Shown piece after piece: positions 1-10,974 of a DNA stretch of 64,000 nucleotides. Each line of letters opens with the position of its first letter. Position 1 is the stretch's first letter. Made by a program: the position numbers and the translations under genes. Source of the stretch: Candidatus Fonsibacter lacus (lineage in GTDB: Bacteria; Pseudomonadota; Gammaproteobacteria; Burkholderiales; Burkholderiaceae_C); the NCBI GenBank assembly GCA_009921245.1, contig RFXW01000001.1, forward strand, positions 7 to 64,006, read 5' to 3'. The notes below the pieces were generated by a model. It did no database searches. It saw only the letters and a program-made list of their open reading frames with translations, and was not told the origin of the DNA.

Positions 1-92
<92 letters not shown>

Positions 93-131
93 TTAGCTCC
101 GCAAAGAATCAGCTTGTAACCACTTAACACC

Positions 132-206
<75 letters not shown>

Positions 207-266
207 CTTGGCAGCACAGGCCAGGCCTGCCTGCAAAAACCATTTCGCCACCAGCCGCCATTGACA

Positions 267-340
267 TGGAGCGGGAGACGGGAATCGAACCCGCGTCATT
301 AGCTTGGAAGGCTAAGGTTCTACCATTGAACTACTCCCGC
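267..340 (-). tRNA. tRNA-Gly(TCC)
   Basis: GCGGGAGTAGTTCAATGGTAGAACCTTAGCCTTCCAAGCTAATGACGCGGGTTCGATTCCCGTCTCCCGCTCCA; TCC anticodon, encoded CCA. Confidence 0.96.
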
Positions 341-391
341 TGCGGCACGCAACGAGCGCAGGCTATGAAAACCTTCGCATGTCCTAGCTGC

Positions 392-477
392 TGGTGGAGG
401 AGGTTGGATTCGAACCAACGTAGGCGTTAGCCAACAGATTTACAGTCTGCCCCCTTTAGCCACTCGGGCACCCCTCC
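392..477 (-). tRNA. tRNA-Tyr(GTA)
   Basis: GGAGGGGTGCCCGAGTGGCTAAAGGGGGCAGACTGTAAATCTG...GGTTCGAATCCAACCTCCTCCACCA; GTA anticodon, long variable arm. Confidence 0.96.
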
Positions 478-491
478 GCAACGAACCCGAC

Positions 492-500
492 ATTATGCCA
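492..500 (-). promoter_or_regulatory. Extended -10 element (TGGCATAAT) of the tRNA-tuf operon
   Basis: TGnCATAAT about 14 nt upstream of tRNA-Tyr. Confidence 0.5.
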
Positions 501-517
501 TGGATTTCCCTGAGTGG

Positions 518-1216
518 TCACCAAAGAATGGGGGCAAAGCCTTGGGCTTGTAGCCACCGATTGGCTTGACTGAAGTGGCCGCAACCCACAAACGGCTGCG
601 GTGGGCGGTGGGCGGCCAAAGGTGAGGGGTGGTTGCAGCTGAGCACGGCGTGGCGCTGGCTGTCGATGAGGCGCTTTTTGGCTTGCGCGTGCGCACCCCA
701 TAGCATGAACACCAGCGGCTGCGGCCCCTGCCCGAGCTGTTGAATGATTTGGTCAGTGAGCGCTTCCCAACCCCAGCCGGCATGACAGGCGGGGGCGCTG
801 GGCTCAACGGTTAACACGGTGTTGAGCAGCAACACGCCTTGTAGGGCCCACGGCTCAAGGCAACCATCGCTTATGGCACAGCCGCCGCAATCGCGCGCAA
901 CCTCTTGCAAAATGTTGCGCAACGACGGTGGCCGGGGCACCCCCGGCGCAACCGAAAACGCCAACCCATGGGCCTGACCCGGCTGGTGGTAAGGGTCTTG
1001 ACCCACGATCACCACCCTGACCTGGCTTGGCGGTGTGAGCCACAGCGCCCGCAGCGGCTGCGGTGGGTACAGCGTTGCCCCTTCACGTCGACGCTGGGCC
1101 AAACGCTGCCGCAGGGCCTGCCCGGTTGCGGTGGCAAAAAAGGCCTTTAGGGTGGGCTCCCAGTCGGGGTGGCACGCCCATCGGGACTGCGCCGAGTTGG
1201 TAGCGGGCGCGCTCAT
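518..1216 (-). CDS. ung: Uracil-DNA glycosylase, family 1
   Basis: GQDPYH and HPSPL catalytic motifs, GVLLLN; start taken at the ATG that overlaps the upstream stop (ATGA). Confidence 0.93.
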   Translation of the reverse strand: MSAPATNSAQSRWACHPDWEPTLKAFFATATGQALRQRLAQRRREGATLYPPQPLRALWLTPPSQVRVVIVGQDPYHQPGQAHGLAFSVAPGVPRPPSLRNILQEVARDCGGCAISDGCLEPWALQGVLLLNTVLTVEPSAPACHAGWGWEALTDQIIQQLGQGPQPLVFMLWGAHAQAKKRLIDSQRHAVLSCNHPSPLAAHRPPQPFVGCGHFSQANRWLQAQGFAPILW

Positions 1217-2637
1217 GCCTGTGCCGATGGCGCCCGAGTGGCCATGCGCCTCGGCATGCACAACGAGGGCTCATTCAGCCGCCGCTCCACGGTTTGCACC
1301 AGTGGCAGCCAGGCCTCGGCGCTTGAGCCAGAGGCCGGCACACCCGCGTCATCTTGCAGCCGCTGGTGGGATTGCGCCAGCAACACCAGCACCGAAAGCT
1401 CGGCCCAGCGCCCGGCGTCGTCGACATCGGCAAACACCGCCATGGCCTGACGCGCGCTGTGCACCAACGCCTTGTGTGCCAACGGTTGGCCGCTTTTGGC
1501 CCGCGCCCATAAAGCCAAGGCGCGCCAGCGATGGGCGTGCGCCTGCAAATAGGTGTGGCCTGCCAAACCACCGCCCAGTGCGACTTCGGCAGCCTGCTCC
1601 ACCACGCACCAGCGGGCCGGCTGATTGCGTAACGCCAGGTGGGCGGCGCTGTTGGCTTGCTGCAAGGCCAGCATGGCGGCCGTGCGCGACGTCCGTGGGG
1701 CACGCTTCATCCACTGCCCAGTCCAGGACACGATGTGGGCATGCCCAGCCAAGCCCGCGTCCAGGGCCACATCGATGCATGTGCAAAGTAAGTCCCACAC
1801 CGCGTCCGGCTTAAGGCCAGGGTAGCGCGCCAAGCGCAAAAGCACCGCCTGAGCCAGCTTAAGCGTGCGTGCATGACGGCGCTGCATATGGACCACCCGC
1901 AGCGTTTGAACCATAGCCTGCTGCCACGCTTGACAAGGCGGCTGGCAGCCCAGGCGCCAGTGCCGCAACGCGTAACGCGCCGCAAGCACACCCGCACGTG
2001 ATGGGTGTTGTTTGGCGCGCCAGCTTAGCCACATGGCCTGGGCACGCCACCAGGCGCGACGCAAGGGCGCACCGCTTAAGGCTTGCCCATCGCCAATGGC
2101 ACGCATGGCCTGGCGGGCTTGTTTGTTCAGCGCTTGCACCACCTCAGGCTGCTGCGCAACCACAGGCAACCCGAGCTGGCACGCCACCGCAAAGTCCAGC
2201 GCCCGCGCCATGGGATGCTGCGCCCAGCCGGCGGGATGCTGCAGCCGCGGCGGCTGGCTGGGATGTTCGCCACCCGCTAGCATGCCATGGGCCATCCAGT
2301 CCAACCACGCCAAGGTGTGCGCGCTTTGCACATGCCATGCCGGCACCCATCGCCCGGCCACGGCGTAGTGCGCAGCAGATTGCTCAAAGGCTTGACCCGC
2401 CAAGGCGGCGATGAGCGGGTCTTGCATATGCAGGGCACGGGCGGCTTCGCACGCCCCCAGTCGGCGCAACAATGCCGCCAAGGTGACGCGTCGCCAACGC
2501 CAAGGGGCTTGCTCAATTAGGCTGCGCAGCGCCGTGGCCGCTTGTTCAACCGATGCCGGCTGGCGTGCCCGCCGTAGCGCGCCGGCCACTTGTTGGCGCA
2601 ACGCATCAACCACCATGGCCCGTTGTGGTGCTCTCAT
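1213..2637 (-). CDS. Hypothetical ~474-aa Ala/Arg/Trp-rich, probably all-helical protein
   Basis: Long ORF filling the trpC-ung gap; SD GGGAG at 2646-2650, -10 TACAAT at 2658-2663, stop overlaps ung start; no motif recognised. Confidence 0.65.
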   Translation of the reverse strand: MRAPQRAMVVDALRQQVAGALRRARQPASVEQAATALRSLIEQAPWRWRRVTLAALLRRLGACEAARALHMQDPLIAALAGQAFEQSAAHYAVAGRWVPAWHVQSAHTLAWLDWMAHGMLAGGEHPSQPPRLQHPAGWAQHPMARALDFAVACQLGLPVVAQQPEVVQALNKQARQAMRAIGDGQALSGAPLRRAWWRAQAMWLSWRAKQHPSRAGVLAARYALRHWRLGCQPPCQAWQQAMVQTLRVVHMQRRHARTLKLAQAVLLRLARYPGLKPDAVWDLLCTCIDVALDAGLAGHAHIVSWTGQWMKRAPRTSRTAAMLALQQANSAAHLALRNQPARWCVVEQAAEVALGGGLAGHTYLQAHAHRWRALALWARAKSGQPLAHKALVHSARQAMAVFADVDDAGRWAELSVLVLLAQSHQRLQDDAGVPASGSSAEAWLPLVQTVERRLNEPSLCMPRRMATRAPSAQA

Positions 2638-2693
2638 TGTTTTTACTCCCTGCACCCATTGTAAAAGCCGCGGCGGGGAATAACGCAGGCGCT

Positions 2694-3488
2694 TTAAGGG
2701 GCGAACAAGGTTTGTAAGGCCGCGCCGGGGTCGGGCTCGCGCATGAACGCTTCGCCAATTAAAAAGGCGTGGATGCCGTGGGCTTGCAAGCGCCGCACGT
2801 CGGCTGCCGTGGCAATACCCGACTCGGTCACCAGCAGCCGATCGGCCGGGCAACGCTGGCGTAACCCGATGCTGGTTTCGAGATTCACCTCAAAGGTTCG
2901 CAGATCGCGGTTGTTCACGCCAAGCAGTGGGGTGCGCAACGCACAGGCGCGCTCCAACTCGGCCTCGTCGTGCACTTCCACCAGCACCGCCAGCCCAAGC
3001 TCGCAAGCCAATGACTCCAACGCCTGCATGGTGGCATCGTCTAGGCAAGCGGCAATGAGCAAAATGCAATCGGCTTGCATGGCCGCGGCTTCGTAAACTT
3101 GGTACGGGTCGACCATGAAGTCTTTGCGCAACACCGGCAGTTCGCACGCCGCCCGCGCCTGCTCAAGGTACACGGTGCTGCCTTGAAAGAATGGCGCGTC
3201 GGTGAGCACCGAAAGACAGGCCGCGCCACCTTGTTGGTAACTGCTGGCAATGGCGGCGGGGTCAAAGGGGTCACGCAGCAAACCCTTGGACGGGCTGGCC
3301 TTTTTAACTTCCGCAATCACCGCGCTTTGCCCCGCGGTAACGCGGCGTTGCAGGGCCTGCACAAAATCGCGGGGTTGGCGGGTCATGGCCTCCACCCGGT
3401 TGCGCAGCGCCGCCAGTGGCTCGCGGGCTTGCGCCGCCGCCACTTCTTGGCGCTTAACCTCAACGATGCGCTGCAGAATGTCGCTCAC
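2694..3488 (-). CDS. trpC: Indole-3-glycerol phosphate synthase
   Basis: [28 protein letters not shown] motifs. Confidence 0.97.
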   Translation of the reverse strand: MSDILQRIVEVKRQEVAAAQAREPLAALRNRVEAMTRQPRDFVQALQRRVTAGQSAVIAEVKKASPSKGLLRDPFDPAAIASSYQQGGAACLSVLTDAPFFQGSTVYLEQARAACELPVLRKDFMVDPYQVYEAAAMQADCILLIAACLDDATMQALESLACELGLAVLVEVHDEAELERACALRTPLLGVNNRDLRTFEVNLETSIGLRQRCPADRLLVTESGIATAADVRRLQAHGIHAFLIGEAFMREPDPGAALQTLFAP

Positions 3489-4549
3489 GCCGCCTCCGGC
3501 TGGGCGTTACAAAAGGCGCGCCACTGCTCGAGTTTGGCCAGCGCCGCGCCGTCAGCAATCAGACGTTGTGCCTGCCCCAAACCGTCTTTGACACTGGCGG
3601 CGCGCCCCGCCACGTACAACGCGGCACCGGCGTTCAGGGCCACGATGTCACTGGCCGGGCCGCCCTGGCCGTTAAGAACCGCCATGACCACGGCTTGAGA
3701 GGCCTCGGGGGTGTCGACCCGTAACGCCCTTTGACCGGCCATGGTCAAGCCAAAATCTTCGGGGTGCAGGGTGTATTCCTGCACCTCGCCATCGCGCAGT
3801 TCGGCCACCATGGTCTCGCCGCCAAGGGTGATTTCATCCATGCCGTCGGTGCCGTACACCACCATCGCGCGGCTGGCCCCTAAACGCTGCAGCGCGCGGG
3901 CCTGGATACCCACCAAATCGGGGTGGAACACCCCCATCAAAATGTTGGGTGCGCCGGCCGGGTTGGTGAGCGGCCCCAAAATATTGAACATGGTGCGCAC
4001 CCCCAGTTCTTTGCGCACCGGGGCCACGTTTTTCATGGCCGGGTGATGCGCCGGGGCGAACATGAACCCCAGACCCACCTCTGCAATGCTTTGCGCAATC
4101 ACGGGCGGCGGCAGTTGAATGCGAATGCCGAGTTGCTCCAGCAAATCGGCGCTGCCGCTGCGGCTGGAGACACTGCGGTTGCCGTGCTTGCTTACCCGCG
4201 CGCCACCGGCGGCGGCCACCAACATGGCGCAGGTGCTGATATTAAAGGTGTGCGAGCCGTCGCCACCGGTGCCCACGATGTCCACCAGGTGCGAGGTATC
4301 GGGCACTTGCACAGGGGTGGCGAATTCGCGCATAACTTGGGCGGCGGCGGTGATCTCGCCGATCGTTTCTTTTTTTACGCGCAAGCCGGTGATCAAGGCC
4401 GAGGTCATGACGGGCGACAAATCGCCGCGCATGATCAGGCGCATGAGGTGCAGCATTTCGTCGTGAAAAATTTCGCGGTGTTCAATGACGCGCTGCAACG
4501 CGTCTTGCGGTGTGATGGGCATGATGGGCTTGGCTGGTGAGAGGGTCAT
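3485..4549 (-). CDS. trpD: Anthranilate phosphoribosyltransferase
   Basis: [24 protein letters not shown]; alternative start at 4522. Confidence 0.96.
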   Translation of the reverse strand: MTLSPAKPIMPITPQDALQRVIEHREIFHDEMLHLMRLIMRGDLSPVMTSALITGLRVKKETIGEITAAAQVMREFATPVQVPDTSHLVDIVGTGGDGSHTFNISTCAMLVAAAGGARVSKHGNRSVSSRSGSADLLEQLGIRIQLPPPVIAQSIAEVGLGFMFAPAHHPAMKNVAPVRKELGVRTMFNILGPLTNPAGAPNILMGVFHPDLVGIQARALQRLGASRAMVVYGTDGMDEITLGGETMVAELRDGEVQEYTLHPEDFGLTMAGQRALRVDTPEASQAVVMAVLNGQGGPASDIVALNAGAALYVAGRAASVKDGLGQAQRLIADGAALAKLEQWRAFCNAQPEAA

Positions 4550-4561
4550 AAAGCGCCGATT

Positions 4562-5134
4562 CTAGGCACGCAAAAAATTTTGCAGCAAGGCGTGGCCGTG
4601 CTCGGTCAAAATCGACTCGGGGTGAAACTGCACCCCATGCACGTTGAACTGGCGATGGCGCACACCCATGATTTCACCGTCGTCGCACCATGCGGTCACT
4701 GCGAGGCAATCGGGCAAGCTTGCGCGCTCGAGCGCCAAGGAGTGGTAGCGGTTAACGGCAAAACGCGTGGGCAAGCCAGCAAATACACTGGCGCCGTGGT
4801 GCTCGAGCTCACTGACCTTGCCGTGCATCAGCGTTTGCGCCCGCACCACGCGCCCGCCATATGCCACGCCAATGCTTTGGTGCCCCAAACACACGCCCAA
4901 CACGGGGATGTGCGCGCCCAAGGCTTGAATCGCCGCCACCGATATACCCGCTTCGTGCGGCGTGCGTGGCCCGGGCGAGAGCAACAAGCGGCGCGGCTGC
5001 ATGGCCACCAACTGCTCAACGCTGAGCGCGTCGTGGCGATACACCGAAACAGTGGCCCCGAGCTCACCCAGGTACTGCACCAGGTTGTAGGTGAAGCTGT
5101 CGTAGTTGTCGATGACCACCACGTCGGTGCTCAT
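4562..5134 (-). CDS. trpG: Anthranilate synthase component II (glutamine amidotransferase)
   Basis: IDNYDSFTYNL, GVCLGHQ, QFHPES; ATG overlaps the trpE stop. Confidence 0.95.
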   Translation of the reverse strand: MSTDVVVIDNYDSFTYNLVQYLGELGATVSVYRHDALSVEQLVAMQPRRLLLSPGPRTPHEAGISVAAIQALGAHIPVLGVCLGHQSIGVAYGGRVVRAQTLMHGKVSELEHHGASVFAGLPTRFAVNRYHSLALERASLPDCLAVTAWCDDGEIMGVRHRQFNVHGVQFHPESILTEHGHALLQNFLRA

Positions 5135-6639
5135 GCGACCTCCATGCCCTGTTCGGCCAGCTCTGCGGCACGTAACAACGCGCGCGCTTTGTGTTGCGTC
5201 TCTTGCCACTCGGCGGCTGGCACCGAGTCGGCCACCACCCCGGCGGCGGCTTGGACATAGAGCGTGCCGTTTTTGATCACACCGGTGCGAATGGCAATCG
5301 CCACGTCCATGTCCCCAGCGTAGCTCAGGTAGCCGCACGCACCGGCATAAACGCCACGTTTGGTGGGCTCGAGACGGTCAATCCATTCCATGGCGTGCAC
5401 TTTGGGCGCACCCGAGAGTGTGCCGGCCGGAAAACAGGCGCGCAGCACATCCATGTTGCTCAGCCCCTGTTTCAGCAGGCCCTCAACGTGGCTAACAATG
5501 TGCATGACATGGCTGTAACGCTCAACAGCAAAGGCCTCGCTTACTTTGACGCTGCCGATTTGGGCGATGCGGCCCACGTCGTTGCGTGCCAGGTCGATCA
5601 ACATCACGTGCTCGGCGCGCTCTTTGGGGTCGGCCAGCAGCGCCGCCTCAGCGGCTTGGTCTTGCTCCGGCGTGGCGCCACGCGCGGCGGTGCCTGCCAA
5701 CGGGCGGATGATGACTTTTTGCCCTTGCGGGGTGGATTCTTGGCGCACCAAAATTTCGGGCGAGGCACCCACCACGTGCATGTCACCCAAGTGGTAGTAG
5801 TACATGTAGGGGCTGGGGTTGAGCGAGCGCAACGCGCGATACAACGCCAGCGGCGACGCGTCGTAGCGCTTGGCGATGCGCTGACCAATCACCACCTGCA
5901 TGAAGTCACCGGCTTGAATCAGGCCTTGGGCGCGCCGCACCGCCGCTTCAAAGTCGGCCTGGGTGCGCTCGTGCTGCACCGGGTGCGAGCGGTGGCCACC
6001 CAAGTGCGGCGCACCAACCGGCACATCCAGGCGCGCCACCAACTCGTTTAACCGGTCGCGCGCGCGCGCATAGGCGTTGCGCTCACCGGGGTCGGCATAC
6101 ACCATCAGGTGCAGCTTGCCGGTAAGGTTGTCGATCACCGCCAACTCGTCGGTCTGCAGCAGCAAAATGTCGGGGCAGTCGAGTGGGTCGGGCGGGCAGG
6201 TGGTGGCCAGCTTGGGCTCAATGTGACGCACGGTGTCGTAGCCAAAATACCCGGCCAGGCCACCACAAAAACGCGGCATGTTGGGCTGGGGGGCGACCCG
6301 AAAGCGTTGTTGATAGGCGGCAATAAAGTCCAACGGGTTGCCGGCGGCGCGCTCCACCACGCGATCGTGGTGCCAAACTTCGGTGCAAGCCTGCGCACCA
6401 AAGCCGCGACTGACCAAGCGGGTGGGTGCAGGCAACCCAATGAAGCTGTAACGCCCAAAGCGCTCACCGCCCACCACCGACTCCAGTAAAAAACTGTAGC
6501 GCCCACCGTCTTCCACTTGCGCCAGCTTGAGGTAGAGCGACAGCGGGGTATCCAAATCGGCAAACGCCGTGGTCATCAGGGCAACACGGTTGTAGCCCTG
6601 CTCGGCGTGGGCCAGAAAGTCTGGCTCGCTGAGCATCAT
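5131..6639 (-). CDS. trpE: Anthranilate synthase component I
   Basis: [48 protein letters not shown]. Confidence 0.96.
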   Translation of the reverse strand: MMLSEPDFLAHAEQGYNRVALMTTAFADLDTPLSLYLKLAQVEDGGRYSFLLESVVGGERFGRYSFIGLPAPTRLVSRGFGAQACTEVWHHDRVVERAAGNPLDFIAAYQQRFRVAPQPNMPRFCGGLAGYFGYDTVRHIEPKLATTCPPDPLDCPDILLLQTDELAVIDNLTGKLHLMVYADPGERNAYARARDRLNELVARLDVPVGAPHLGGHRSHPVQHERTQADFEAAVRRAQGLIQAGDFMQVVIGQRIAKRYDASPLALYRALRSLNPSPYMYYYHLGDMHVVGASPEILVRQESTPQGQKVIIRPLAGTAARGATPEQDQAAEAALLADPKERAEHVMLIDLARNDVGRIAQIGSVKVSEAFAVERYSHVMHIVSHVEGLLKQGLSNMDVLRACFPAGTLSGAPKVHAMEWIDRLEPTKRGVYAGACGYLSYAGDMDVAIAIRTGVIKNGTLYVQAAAGVVADSVPAAEWQETQHKARALLRAAELAEQGMEVA

Positions 6640-7322
6640 GCTTGGGCCAGCGCGGCACGCATGGCGGCGACCACCTGGGCGTAATCGGGCTGACCAAAAA
6701 TGGCGCTGCCAGCCACAAAGGTATCGGCCCCGGCACTGGCCACGGCGGCAATGTTGTCGGCCTTGATGCCGCCGTCCACCTCAAGCCGAATGTCTTTGCC
6801 GCAGGCGTCGATACGGGCCCGGGCCTGCGCCACCTTGCGCAAGGCGCTGTCGATAAAGCTTTGCCCGCCAAAACCCGGGTTCACGCTCATGATGAGGATC
6901 AGGTCAATGTCTTCGATCAACCAATCCAGCGCGTCCAGTGGCTGCCCCGGGTTGAACACCAAACCCACTTGGCACCCCGCAGCCTTGATGGCCTGCACGC
7001 TGCGGTGCGCATGGGCGCTGGCATCGGGGTGAAAACTGATGAGGTCGGCGCCGGCTTGCGCAAAAGCCTGCGCCAAGGCGTCCACTGGCTGCACCATGAG
7101 GTGCACATCGATGGGTACCGCAGTGCCGTTATCGCGCACCGCGTGCGGTTTGAGCGCCTGGCAGACCATGGGACCAAAGGTCAGGTTGGGCACGTAGTGG
7201 TTGTCCATGACGTCAAAGTGAATCCAGTCCGCGCCGGCGGCGATGACATCGGTCACCTCTGAGCCAAGCCGCGCAAAGTCGGCCGACAAAATGGACGGGG
7301 CGATACGGTAGGTACGGCTCAT
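6636..7322 (-). CDS. rpe: Ribulose-phosphate 3-epimerase
   Basis: [38 protein letters not shown]. Confidence 0.97.
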   Translation of the reverse strand: MSRTYRIAPSILSADFARLGSEVTDVIAAGADWIHFDVMDNHYVPNLTFGPMVCQALKPHAVRDNGTAVPIDVHLMVQPVDALAQAFAQAGADLISFHPDASAHAHRSVQAIKAAGCQVGLVFNPGQPLDALDWLIEDIDLILIMSVNPGFGGQSFIDSALRKVAQARARIDACGKDIRLEVDGGIKADNIAAVASAGADTFVAGSAIFGQPDYAQVVAAMRAALAQA

Positions 7323-7380
7323 GACAACTCCCTTAAACGTGATAAACCCTGTCTATTGTCGCAGGCTGAGGGGCGTTACC

Positions 7381-7776
7381 ATGGCGGTTATGGAGCCTTA
7401 TCGCTTTCAAGTTCAAGTCGAACCCGGCTACTTGCCGGAGCAGTCGGCCCCGAGTCGCGGGCGCTACACGTTTTCGTACACCATCACCATTCGCAACACC
7501 GGTGAGGTGGCCGCGCAGCTGGTGTCGCGCCACTGGGACATCGAAGACGCCGACGGCGGCACCCAAACCGTGGACGGTTTGGGCGTGGTGGGGCACCAGC
7601 CGCTGTTGCAGCCAGGCGAGTCTTTTGAATACACCAGTGGTGCGCAGCTGCACACGGCGCACGGCATGATGAGCGGCCACTTTTTTTGCGTGGCGGTGGA
7701 TGGCACCCGTTTTGAGGTGGAGGTGCCGCCCTTTGTGTTGAGCGCCACACGCGCCTCCGACGCCGATTTGCACTGA
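7381..7776 (+). CDS. apaG: ApaG protein
   Basis: YTITIRN, QLVSRHW, GLGVVGHQP, FEYTSG; SD GAGGGG before ATG 7381. Confidence 0.92.
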   Translation: MAVMEPYRFQVQVEPGYLPEQSAPSRGRYTFSYTITIRNTGEVAAQLVSRHWDIEDADGGTQTVDGLGVVGHQPLLQPGESFEYTSGAQLHTAHGMMSGHFFCVAVDGTRFEVEVPPFVLSATRASDADLH

Positions 7777-7785
7777 AGCGGCGCG

Positions 7786-8766
7786 GTGGACGAGTTTGCA
7801 CTGATCGCCAAGCACTTCACGCGGCCCACACGACAGGCCTTGCTTGGCGTTGGCGACGACGCCGCGCTATGGCCGCTTGATGCGCAGCGCGCCTTGGCCA
7901 TCACCAGCGACATGTTGCTGCAAGGGCGCCACTTTTTGCCCAACACCGACCCGCACGCCCTGGGGCACAAGGCACTGGCGGTGAATGTGTCCGACTTGGC
8001 CGCCATGGGCGCGCAACCGCGCGGCTACACCTTGGCGCTGGCGCTGCCTGAAGCCGATGACCCATGGCTGCACGCGTTCGCACAGGGCCTGCACCGCTTG
8101 GCCGATCAAGTGGGCTGCGAATTGGTAGGCGGCGACACCACACGCGGTCCACGCACCTTTGCCATTACCGCCTGGGGCGAGGTGCCAACCGCGCTGGCGC
8201 TGCGGCGCCACGGGGCTCAGGTGGGCGACGACTTATGGGTCAGCGGTGACCTTGGCCTGGCGGCGCTGGGGCTGGCCCAGGCCCTGGGCAGCGATTGGTT
8301 GACCAACAGTGACGCGCCCACGCTGTGCCCCAATTTGCTCGCCCGCGCGCAGGCCGCGCACCACACCCCAACGCCACGCGTGGCGCTGGGCTTGGCGCTC
8401 AGGGGCTTGGCCAGTGCGGCCATGGATGTCAGCGACGGCCTGAGCAGCGATTTGTTGCATCTCACACGGGCCAGCCAAGTGGGCGCCACGGTTTGGGTGG
8501 ACGCACTGCCTGGGCATACCGCCCTTGCCGGGCTCCCTGTGGCGCGCCGACGCGCCATGCAGCTGGCCGGCGGCGACGACTACGAGTTGCTGTTTACCGC
8601 GCCGGCGACCGAGCGGGATCGGCTGCAGCGGCTTGAGCAAACGCTGACGCTGTCACTGACGCGCATTGGCACGATTACCGCGGCACCCAAGGTGCAATGG
8701 CTGGACCACCAAGGGCAGCCGTTGACTGAGGTACCCTGTGGCTTCAACCATTTCGCAACGCCATGA
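7786..8766 (+). CDS. thiL: Thiamine-monophosphate kinase
   Basis: EFALI, GVGDDAA, NVSDLAAMGA, GGDTT, DVSDGL, GGDDYEL. Confidence 0.95.
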   Translation: MDEFALIAKHFTRPTRQALLGVGDDAALWPLDAQRALAITSDMLLQGRHFLPNTDPHALGHKALAVNVSDLAAMGAQPRGYTLALALPEADDPWLHAFAQGLHRLADQVGCELVGGDTTRGPRTFAITAWGEVPTALALRRHGAQVGDDLWVSGDLGLAALGLAQALGSDWLTNSDAPTLCPNLLARAQAAHHTPTPRVALGLALRGLASAAMDVSDGLSSDLLHLTRASQVGATVWVDALPGHTALAGLPVARRRAMQLAGGDDYELLFTAPATERDRLQRLEQTLTLSLTRIGTITAAPKVQWLDHQGQPLTEVPCGFNHFATP

Positions 8767-9308
8767 ATGAGCAAGCAGCCCCGGGCGCCGCAGCGCCGAC
8801 CCGCCCAACGTGGCGTTTCGCTGGAGCGCATCCGGCGCGTGCCATTGCCTTTGGTTTCGGTGCGGGTCTGGGCCGTATCGCACCTGGCACAGCGGGTACG
8901 CTTTGGGCATGGGCCACTTTTTTGTTGCTCGATCGGGCCTTGGGGGACTCTGGGTGGGCCATTTTTCTCGGTATCTCAATGGCACTGGGGTGGTGGGCGG
9001 CCACGCTGACCAGCCAGCACCTGCAGGTGACCGATTCAAGCCACATCGTGTGCGACGAGGTGGTGGCGTTTTGGCTGATCTTGTGGCTGCTGTCACCGGC
9101 ACCGTTTTGGGAGCAATTGGCCGCTTTTGGTCTGTTTCGACTGTTTGATGCCGTCAAGTGGGGGCCGGTTCGCTGGGCCGATACACACTTTAAGGGCTTG
9201 GGCTGGCGCGGCGGCATGGGCATCATGCTCGACGACTTGGTTGCCGCCGGTCTGACGCTGCTGGTGTTGGCATGGTTGCGCGCCAGCGACTTGGCGCCTT
9301 GGTGGTAA
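8763..9308 (+). CDS. pgpA: Phosphatidylglycerophosphatase A
   Basis: APGTAGT, DEVVAF, FRLFDAVK, GIMLDDLVA; follows thiL. Confidence 0.93.
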   Translation: MNEQAAPGAAAPTRPTWRFAGAHPARAIAFGFGAGLGRIAPGTAGTLWAWATFLLLDRALGDSGWAIFLGISMALGWWAATLTSQHLQVTDSSHIVCDEVVAFWLILWLLSPAPFWEQLAAFGLFRLFDAVKWGPVRWADTHFKGLGWRGGMGIMLDDLVAAGLTLLVLAWLRASDLAPWW

Positions 9309-9312
9309 CGCC

Positions 9313-9816
9313 ATGCTGCAACCCTTGGCCACCGATTTACAAACGCTCAGCGCACTGGCGCACGCGTTGCGCGCGCGCGGCGCACTGATGGCGTGCGCCG
9401 AGAGCTGCACGGGCGGCCTGATTGCCGCCTTGTGCACCCACATGGCGGGCTCCAGCGAGTGGTTTGACCGCGGCTGGGTGACCTACAGCAACGCCGCCAA
9501 GCACGAGCTGCTGGGGGTGCCCGAAGCCACTTTGGCGGCGCACGGTGCAGTCAGTCAAGCGGTGGTGTTGGCCATGGCCAAGGGCGCCGCGCAGCGTGCC
9601 GGGGTAGCGGCCAGTGTGGCCGTGACCGGTGTGGCTGGCCCATCCGGCGGCAGCCCCGACAAACCGGTGGGCACCGTTTGGCTGGGCTGGTCGGTGGACG
9701 GCGTATGCAGCGCCGAGCGGGTGCAGCTGCCGGGCGACCGCGCCTTGGTGCGTCAAGCGACCGCTAGCTTGGCACTGCAGGGCTTGCTGCAGCGTCTGCA
9801 GCCCGCCACGCGCTGA
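9313..9816 (+). CDS. pncC: CinA C-terminal domain protein / NMN deamidase (PncC-like)
   Basis: AESCTGGLIA, VTYSN, TGVAGPSGG, KPVGTV. Confidence 0.85.
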   Translation: MLQPLATDLQTLSALAHALRARGALMACAESCTGGLIAALCTHMAGSSEWFDRGWVTYSNAAKHELLGVPEATLAAHGAVSQAVVLAMAKGAAQRAGVAASVAVTGVAGPSGGSPDKPVGTVWLGWSVDGVCSAERVQLPGDRALVRQATASLALQGLLQRLQPATR

Positions 9817-10969
9817 GGTCGAAGCGCCACAGTCGGCACTCGATGTCGCCGTTGAACAGCGGCATGCGCCGGCTCTCTCGCATGCGCAACTGTCCGGGCA
9901 AACCGCGGTCAGGGCTTAACACCCAAGCGGTCCAACCGGCGTAGTGATTTTTCCAGTGACGCCCGAGCTCTGGAAAAAATTCCGGTGCCACCGCGGTGCT
10001 ACCGGCCACCCCCGCGGTTTGCACACGCGTGCCGTAAGGCGGGTTAAGCAACAACACACCGGGCTGCTGGCTCGGCGGCATGCGCTGCAAGGCGTCGCCG
10101 GCACGCACCAACAACACCTGCGACACCCCGGCGCGGCGCGCGTTGGCTTGCGCAAAATCGGCCATACGATGCGAGACATCGCTGCCAAACACCGAAACCT
10201 CTGCCACGCGTTTGGCGCGGTCACTGGCGGCGTCTTGCGCTTGCGCGCACAACGACTGCCACAGCCGGCGATCGTGGGGCTTAAGCACCTCGAACGCAAA
10301 ACGCCTTTGTCGCCCTGGCGCCAAGTCCAGGCGCATGGCGGCCGCCTCAATGGCAATGGTGCCGCTGCCACAGCATGGGTCGTACAGCGGCGCCTCACCG
10401 CCAGGGTCCCAGCCACTGGCGGCAATCATGGCCGCGGCCAATGTTTCTTTTAACGGCGCGTCGCCGGTGCTTTGCCGCCACCCTCGCTTAAACAGTGGCT
10501 CGCCTGAGGTGTCTAGATACAGGGTGGCATGGGTGGCCTCTAGGTGCACGGCGATACGCACCGCCGGCGCGCGGGTATCCACGCTGGGGCGCTGACCCAA
10601 ACGCTGGCGAAAGCGATCGGCCACACCGTCTTTGACGCGCAACCCGACAAAATTCAGGCTCTTGACTGGGCTGCGGTGCGCGGTGACGTCAACCCTAAAG
10701 GTTTGGCCCACAGCGAACCACTCTTCCCAAGGCACCGCATGCGCCGCGTCGTAAATCTCTTGCTCGCTGCGGTACGGCGCGTGCGCCACTTGCAGCAACA
10801 CACGTTGCGCCAAGCGACTGTACAAGTTGGCGCCCGCCACCACCGACCAATCACCACGCCAACGAACCCCGCCGCGTGCCTCCTCAACCGGTTGGTCAGA
10901 CATAGGACGCAACTCGTTGGCAAGCAACGCCTCCACCCCAAAAGGGCAGGTTACAAATAAGGGCCACAT
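9764..10969 (-). CDS. THUMP-domain SAM-dependent RNA methyltransferase (RlmL-like)
   Basis: THUMP N-terminus, LFKRGWR, APLKETLAAA, DPCCGSGTI, NPPYG. Confidence 0.88.
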   Translation of the reverse strand: MWPLFVTCPFGVEALLANELRPMSDQPVEEARGGVRWRGDWSVVAGANLYSRLAQRVLLQVAHAPYRSEQEIYDAAHAVPWEEWFAVGQTFRVDVTAHRSPVKSLNFVGLRVKDGVADRFRQRLGQRPSVDTRAPAVRIAVHLEATHATLYLDTSGEPLFKRGWRQSTGDAPLKETLAAAMIAASGWDPGGEAPLYDPCCGSGTIAIEAAAMRLDLAPGRQRRFAFEVLKPHDRRLWQSLCAQAQDAASDRAKRVAEVSVFGSDVSHRMADFAQANARRAGVSQVLLVRAGDALQRMPPSQQPGVLLLNPPYGTRVQTAGVAGSTAVAPEFFPELGRHWKNHYAGWTAWVLSPDRGLPGQLRMRESRRMPLFNGDIECRLWRFDLSAWRAADAAASPAVPS

Positions 10970-10974
10970 AGAGG

